From a virus (taxonomy: Duplodnaviria > Caudoviricetes): DNA of 47,817 bases. The stretch covers positions 1-47,817 of the IMG/VR virus record IMGVR_UViG_3300026196_000007. One strand, given 5' to 3'. Below are positions 43,589 to 47,817 of the stretch, one piece after another. The translations under genes were made by a program, and so were the position numbers. Below the pieces are notes generated by a model, which was given only the letters and a program-made list of their open reading frames with translations, was not told where the DNA came from and searched no databases. The number at the start of each line of letters is the position of its first letter. The stretch's first letter is position 1.

Positions 43589-45093
43589 TTCTTTTTCCCT
43601 CCCGCCACTACAGCCGGATTGGTTTGTAACGCTTTGCTTGTTGCTAACATATCAAGGCCACGCTCAACCCGCATTTCCTTGAACTCTTTGGCCTCATTCA
43701 ATACTTCCTCAGCGTCTCGTCCACGGGCGGCAATGATCTCCTGCGGGCTGAACAGCAGGTTATCAACCAGGTCGATGTGGCCACGGCTCTCACGCAAGAG
43801 ATCAAGCGGCTCGACCCCCGGTGGCTGCCATACTCCGGCTTGCCAATGGCGTGGATCGTCCAGGTAACCAGGCATATCGACTTTCCCGCTCAGGTAAAGA
43901 GCATCAAAAAAACCTCTATTTACCTGTGTTCCGAACTGGCGGCAATGCCTTTTAATTACTGGGCGGTTGAACTTGGCAAAATCGTTGCGGACAGTTCGCA
44001 TCGTGTTGTAATTAAGTCCGCCATAATCACCTGAAAGCATCTCATATGGGACATTAACGCTGATTGCGAGCATTTGGAGCAGCAGTTTAGTCGTCGGTGT
44101 AAAAGTTTCACCTGGAACGTCGGCAGTGTTTATATTTACCTTTTCCCCAGCCTTCAGGAACTCGATAATTGCGTTGTCAAGGGTGAGGGTGCTGTCCTCA
44201 TTGGTTCCTTTCTTCCACGTCGCGGCATCGTCGGTCTCAACAAACGCCAACCATTTAGCAGCCATCTTAGCGCGATCTATATTCGCTCCTAAGTACTCCT
44301 GGAGATCGTCAGCAAGAAGAATCGCCGGGGTGAAAGGTGTTACCCCACGCAACTGCCCAGGCTGAAGCAGCTTAAACCCATGGATTACATCAGCAGCAAG
44401 TATACGCTTGGCTTTATTTGTTCCTGACCACTTATTGAGCCCATCGGGGACCATAAAATGATATGCGACGACGCGCCCGGTCCTGCGGTTAAACTCAACA
44501 CCCTGGTCAAGCAACGTGTCACGGTCGGTAGCCTTGCTGTAATCGCTATTTAGCCAGTCTGATTGATACATTTGGAGCGTATATGGCAAGTATAAGCCTG
44601 GGGTTTTGTCCCATACCTTGACAATTATGCTCTCGCCGGCCATTACATCCTGACGCTTCCAGACCTGCTCAATCTCGTGATAGTGTGATTTCCCGGCAGC
44701 ATCCGCCTCGTCCATCCACCACTTGCGAGCGTCCTCAATCTGCTGTCGAGCGCGTTTATCTGGCTCAAGCTTTCCGCCCTTACCGGTGCCACGCATCACT
44801 TGCGATTGAAACGTGATACCCTCGCCGACGGTGAAATCGACCAGGTTATTTACCGCACGAGCAAAATAAGCAAAATCGTTGACGAGCTGTGCTGTTCGGT
44901 TACGAATTACCTCGCTGCCGCTGCGGATCAATGAATTTATATCAGTGTCGATTGGCCGCCAATCGCCAGACGCACGAAGGTTTTTAGCTGCTGCAAACTG
45001 GCGAATCTGGTCGACCTTAATCCGATCAGCAAGCCTCTTGGCCTCAACACCTGGAGCAAACACACCGATAGCCCTGTCGAGCCAATTAAGCAT
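43585..45093 (-). CDS. Portal protein, lambda family
   Basis: VGEGI, GVEF, PGQLRGV, VPYEMLSGDY...NY; likely start MLNW. Confidence 0.92.
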   Translation of the reverse strand: MLNWLDRAIGVFAPGVEAKRLADRIKVDQIRQFAAAKNLRASGDWRPIDTDINSLIRSGSEVIRNRTAQLVNDFAYFARAVNNLVDFTVGEGITFQSQVMRGTGKGGKLEPDKRARQQIEDARKWWMDEADAAGKSHYHEIEQVWKRQDVMAGESIIVKVWDKTPGLYLPYTLQMYQSDWLNSDYSKATDRDTLLDQGVEFNRRTGRVVAYHFMVPDGLNKWSGTNKAKRILAADVIHGFKLLQPGQLRGVTPFTPAILLADDLQEYLGANIDRAKMAAKWLAFVETDDAATWKKGTNEDSTLTLDNAIIEFLKAGEKVNINTADVPGETFTPTTKLLLQMLAISVNVPYEMLSGDYGGLNYNTMRTVRNDFAKFNRPVIKRHCRQFGTQVNRGFFDALYLSGKVDMPGYLDDPRHWQAGVWQPPGVEPLDLLRESRGHIDLVDNLLFSPQEIIAARGRDAEEVLNEAKEFKEMRVERGLDMLATSKALQTNPAVVAGGKKK

Positions 45094-45325
45094 ATCGTCT
45101 CCCAGGTTTAGCGAGGATTCGTTTGCAAGCTGATCCGGTAACATTGGATCTTTCTTCTTGTAATTCCTTCAAGTAAGTTCGGAGTGATTCAAGATCGACG
45201 CGCTGTGATTCGCGCCCGGTTGTGCTACTGGAAATTGAGTACTTCTGGCTCTGCAAAGTACGCCGTATTGACGCCTGGACAAGAGCAATTTCAGCGGTAT
45301 ACTCTTCTGCAGTCTCGAAATACAT
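45086..45325 (-). CDS. Head completion protein (gpW-like)
   Basis: 79 aa between terminase and portal; QKYSI...R.DL..L. Confidence 0.75.
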   Translation of the reverse strand: MYFETAEEYTAEIALVQASIRRTLQSQKYSISSSTTGRESQRVDLESLRTYLKELQEERSNVTGSACKRILAKPGRRYA

Positions 45326-47248
45326 TTACCACCTTTTGCGTCGTGGGGGTGGAGCGTGTCGAACACGCGGGGCTATCTCTTCTTGCCTTTTATTCTCGCG
45401 CAGGCCCATGATCTCTATTGCGGCAAGACCATACACGCTTAAATCCCAATCATGATTTGCTTTTCCATCAGGACATTGCCAGTAACCACGCTCGTCCTGG
45501 TACTCAGCACACATCTGCGTGGCATAATCGCTGGTAATGTCAGCATGTAGTGTAATTCCCCCGGGATCGCCAAGCTCAATGTTAAGTTTTGCAGATAATT
45601 CAGATTTATACAGTGTTACGTTTAGTTTGTAAAGTAATAATCCACCCGGAATAGCAATTTTTTTGCCGGTACGTCTGGAGGGCATGTACTCAAGCCTGGT
45701 TACATCCCATGGGCTTGCCTGCTTCTGTACCCCTTTTAATGGCGAAAATAGTGGATTTTTCTTGCAAAAAACGTAGACTTCCTGCGTTCTTGTATGCTTA
45801 GGGTGGTTTGGATTTGTGCCACCGCCTGAGTCAATCCACCCTGAAATAACTCTGTGCTTCATTCCGTTGGCATCGAGCCAATCCTTGCCAGAGATACCAA
45901 CAAGATGCTGGAATTTTTCGACAAACCCTCGATCTATAACGGTTGTCCTCAGATCAGAACCCCAACCACACGCCCAAACTTGATACCTGAATCCATATCT
46001 CTGAGTATCAACGAGCATTACCAAACACTGTGTGTCAACCGGGACCACACCCCGCGGTTGGTGCGGATCAATCAGCCTGAGTATGTAGTCCTCTGCACGG
46101 TCCGCCTGCTCATGGTGGTCGTCATCGGCTTCAATACCGTTGTGCCATGCTATTCTATCCGTTACCACCCCGGCGTCTTTCTTCAGTTTGTATGTGGCTA
46201 TCTCCCGTAAAGTGACATCAGAGCATTCCCACGCCCGGTGGATAAATCCAACTGTAGCCGGCCTTTCAACGTCATCACCCTTTACAGCAAACCAATCAGC
46301 TTTTTTTATAGCCAACATCCTATCAATTTCATCCCATATCGTCCCGCACTCGTTGCAAGCATATCCGATATCAGATGTCGATATCGATTCGACTGTGGAG
46401 CCTTCAGGTATTTCAAGGTGGTCCTCATCCATTTTTATCATTGTGCTGCAGTGGGGGCATTTGACTCGGTTTTCCCACACCTGCTGACATGACTCGACTC
46501 CTGGCCTAATAAATTTACCAGCGGGGGTGGAGCAAAAAAAGTTCTTCGACCTGCCCAAGAATGTACGGGAGCGCTTACGAATCATGGTGATAGGATCGGT
46601 TTCCTTGCCAACCTGCGACGCGTACTTGTCAACCTCATCGCCGAAACATGCCTGGGCCGACCACGTTGCCATTGATTGTGGAGATCCTGACCACGCCGGG
46701 CGAATAACCTTGCCATTGTTAAGCTTTATCCGAGAAAGTGCAGTGTCGTCCTTCCTGGATGACAGTAACCGCTTTAGTCGTGGCGTGTTCCTAAACATAG
46801 GGATCATTTTTTGGTCAATTATGTTCTTTGCCGATTCTTCGGACGGCATGAGACAGAAAATGTCACCATTAAGGATATCCGCGCTCCACCCCAAACAATT
46901 ATTAAGCGTCATGGTCTTTCCGGACTGATCAACCCCGCAAAACCAGACTTCCCTGGTCCATGGTTGTGTAAACGTGTCCATAATCTTGAGAGTGTGCGCA
47001 GCATATTCCTTCCGCCACGGGCCCACATGCGCACCATCGGTAACCTGCCGGTAACGAATTGCCCAATCAGATCCTGGTATTCGTGGAGCAATTTTGACAA
47101 ACTTTCGGATCTTAGCCGGTATTTTTACCACATCCATACGCTCAGACGTTACCGATTTCCCGGAAAGTTGAGCCTTTACCGCTGCGGGAAGTACTGAAAG
47201 CAGTTCAATCGTCTTCGTCGTCATCGTCAGGCCCGGTGTACACGTCAT
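45326..47248 (-). CDS. Terminase large subunit, lambda GpA family
   Basis: QSGKT Walker A, DEVD, STP, CPHC/CNEC, VDTQ, IDSGG, NHDWD. Confidence 0.93.
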   Translation of the reverse strand: MTCTPGLTMTTKTIELLSVLPAAVKAQLSGKSVTSERMDVVKIPAKIRKFVKIAPRIPGSDWAIRYRQVTDGAHVGPWRKEYAAHTLKIMDTFTQPWTREVWFCGVDQSGKTMTLNNCLGWSADILNGDIFCLMPSEESAKNIIDQKMIPMFRNTPRLKRLLSSRKDDTALSRIKLNNGKVIRPAWSGSPQSMATWSAQACFGDEVDKYASQVGKETDPITMIRKRSRTFLGRSKNFFCSTPAGKFIRPGVESCQQVWENRVKCPHCSTMIKMDEDHLEIPEGSTVESISTSDIGYACNECGTIWDEIDRMLAIKKADWFAVKGDDVERPATVGFIHRAWECSDVTLREIATYKLKKDAGVVTDRIAWHNGIEADDDHHEQADRAEDYILRLIDPHQPRGVVPVDTQCLVMLVDTQRYGFRYQVWACGWGSDLRTTVIDRGFVEKFQHLVGISGKDWLDANGMKHRVISGWIDSGGGTNPNHPKHTRTQEVYVFCKKNPLFSPLKGVQKQASPWDVTRLEYMPSRRTGKKIAIPGGLLLYKLNVTLYKSELSAKLNIELGDPGGITLHADITSDYATQMCAEYQDERGYWQCPDGKANHDWDLSVYGLAAIEIMGLRENKRQEEIAPRVRHAPPPRRKRW

Positions 47249-47747
47249 AAATTGCGTTATCTATCTGGATCCCAGCCAGATCGTTGAACGATGGGACAAC
47301 CACAGCATCAACGATCAGCTCTGATGTCATGGCTGCAAGGGACCTGTCGCCACGGCAGACATCAACCACATCGTCACCGGCAATAACCGAATAATGCTGC
47401 AAGTTTTCCTTGAGCACGGCAAGCAGCGTCGCGATAGCTGAACAATGGTCGAGATGCTTGACCCATCGCCGGTCCTCGTTTCGGTCTGCCTTCTCTAGCT
47501 TGGCAACCTTTAATTCAAGTTCCCTCAGTTCCAGCTCGTTCTTACTGCGCTGTGTATCGTCGTCAGCAGATCCACGTTGCTGGCCGCTGGCAAGGCCTCG
47601 AAGGTGGCGGATATAATTCACCCGGCTAGCATCAATGTCGTAGCCACCATTGCCCTTACTAGGCGGGAGTATGCCGTCCCTGAGAAGATCACGGACTCGC
47701 CTGGTCGACAAGTCAAGGTGCGCTGCTAATTCAATTTGTGTAGCCAT
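47205..47747 (-). CDS. Terminase small subunit, Nu1-like
   Basis: MATQIELAAHLDLSTRRVRDL winged HTH; YI.HLR; coiled coil. Confidence 0.9.
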   Translation of the reverse strand: MATQIELAAHLDLSTRRVRDLLRDGILPPSKGNGGYDIDASRVNYIRHLRGLASGQQRGSADDDTQRSKNELELRELELKVAKLEKADRNEDRRWVKHLDHCSAIATLLAVLKENLQHYSVIAGDDVVDVCRGDRSLAAMTSELIVDAVVVPSFNDLAGIQIDNAIYDVYTGPDDDDEDD

Positions 47748-47805
47748 TTACCTCCTGGAAGCGGAACGCGTCGAAGTTTTTCGTTGTATTGACGTTTTTG
47801 TCGAG

Positions 47806-47817
47806 GCGCGAAACACC
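47806..47817. repeat. 12-nt terminal direct repeat (right copy), probable cos end
   Basis: Identical to 1-12. Confidence 0.75.

Overview
Apparently complete ~47.8 kb genome of a long-tailed dsDNA phage. It has a lambda-type packaging module (Nu1-like and GpA-like terminase, gpW, portal), a protease-capsid fusion, tail tube, frameshifted tail chaperone and tape measure. A 12-nt repeat at both ends looks like a cohesive end. Nearly all genes are on the minus strand; ssb is the clear exception. I recognise no integrase or partition gene. Three things stand out. (1) About 14 integron attC-like sites are spread through the early region (2.8-20.4 kb) with no integron integrase. The genes between them are inverted relative to normal cassettes, their stop codons often fall in the R' box, and some start codons lie inside the attC. 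(2) Two diverged ~450-nt non-coding elements (841-1300 and 21249-21690) share motifs, spacing and compensatory stems, suggesting a structured RNA, possibly a replication primer. (3) An N6/N4 DNA methyltransferase locus is interleaved with two HNH genes, has duplicated N- and C-termini, and has a stop inserted in DPPY. Also present: a dual-coding C5 methyltransferase, two ferredoxin-like paralogues and a cluster of signal-peptide proteins in the late operon. All calls are by eye from motifs and synteny; no database search was run.
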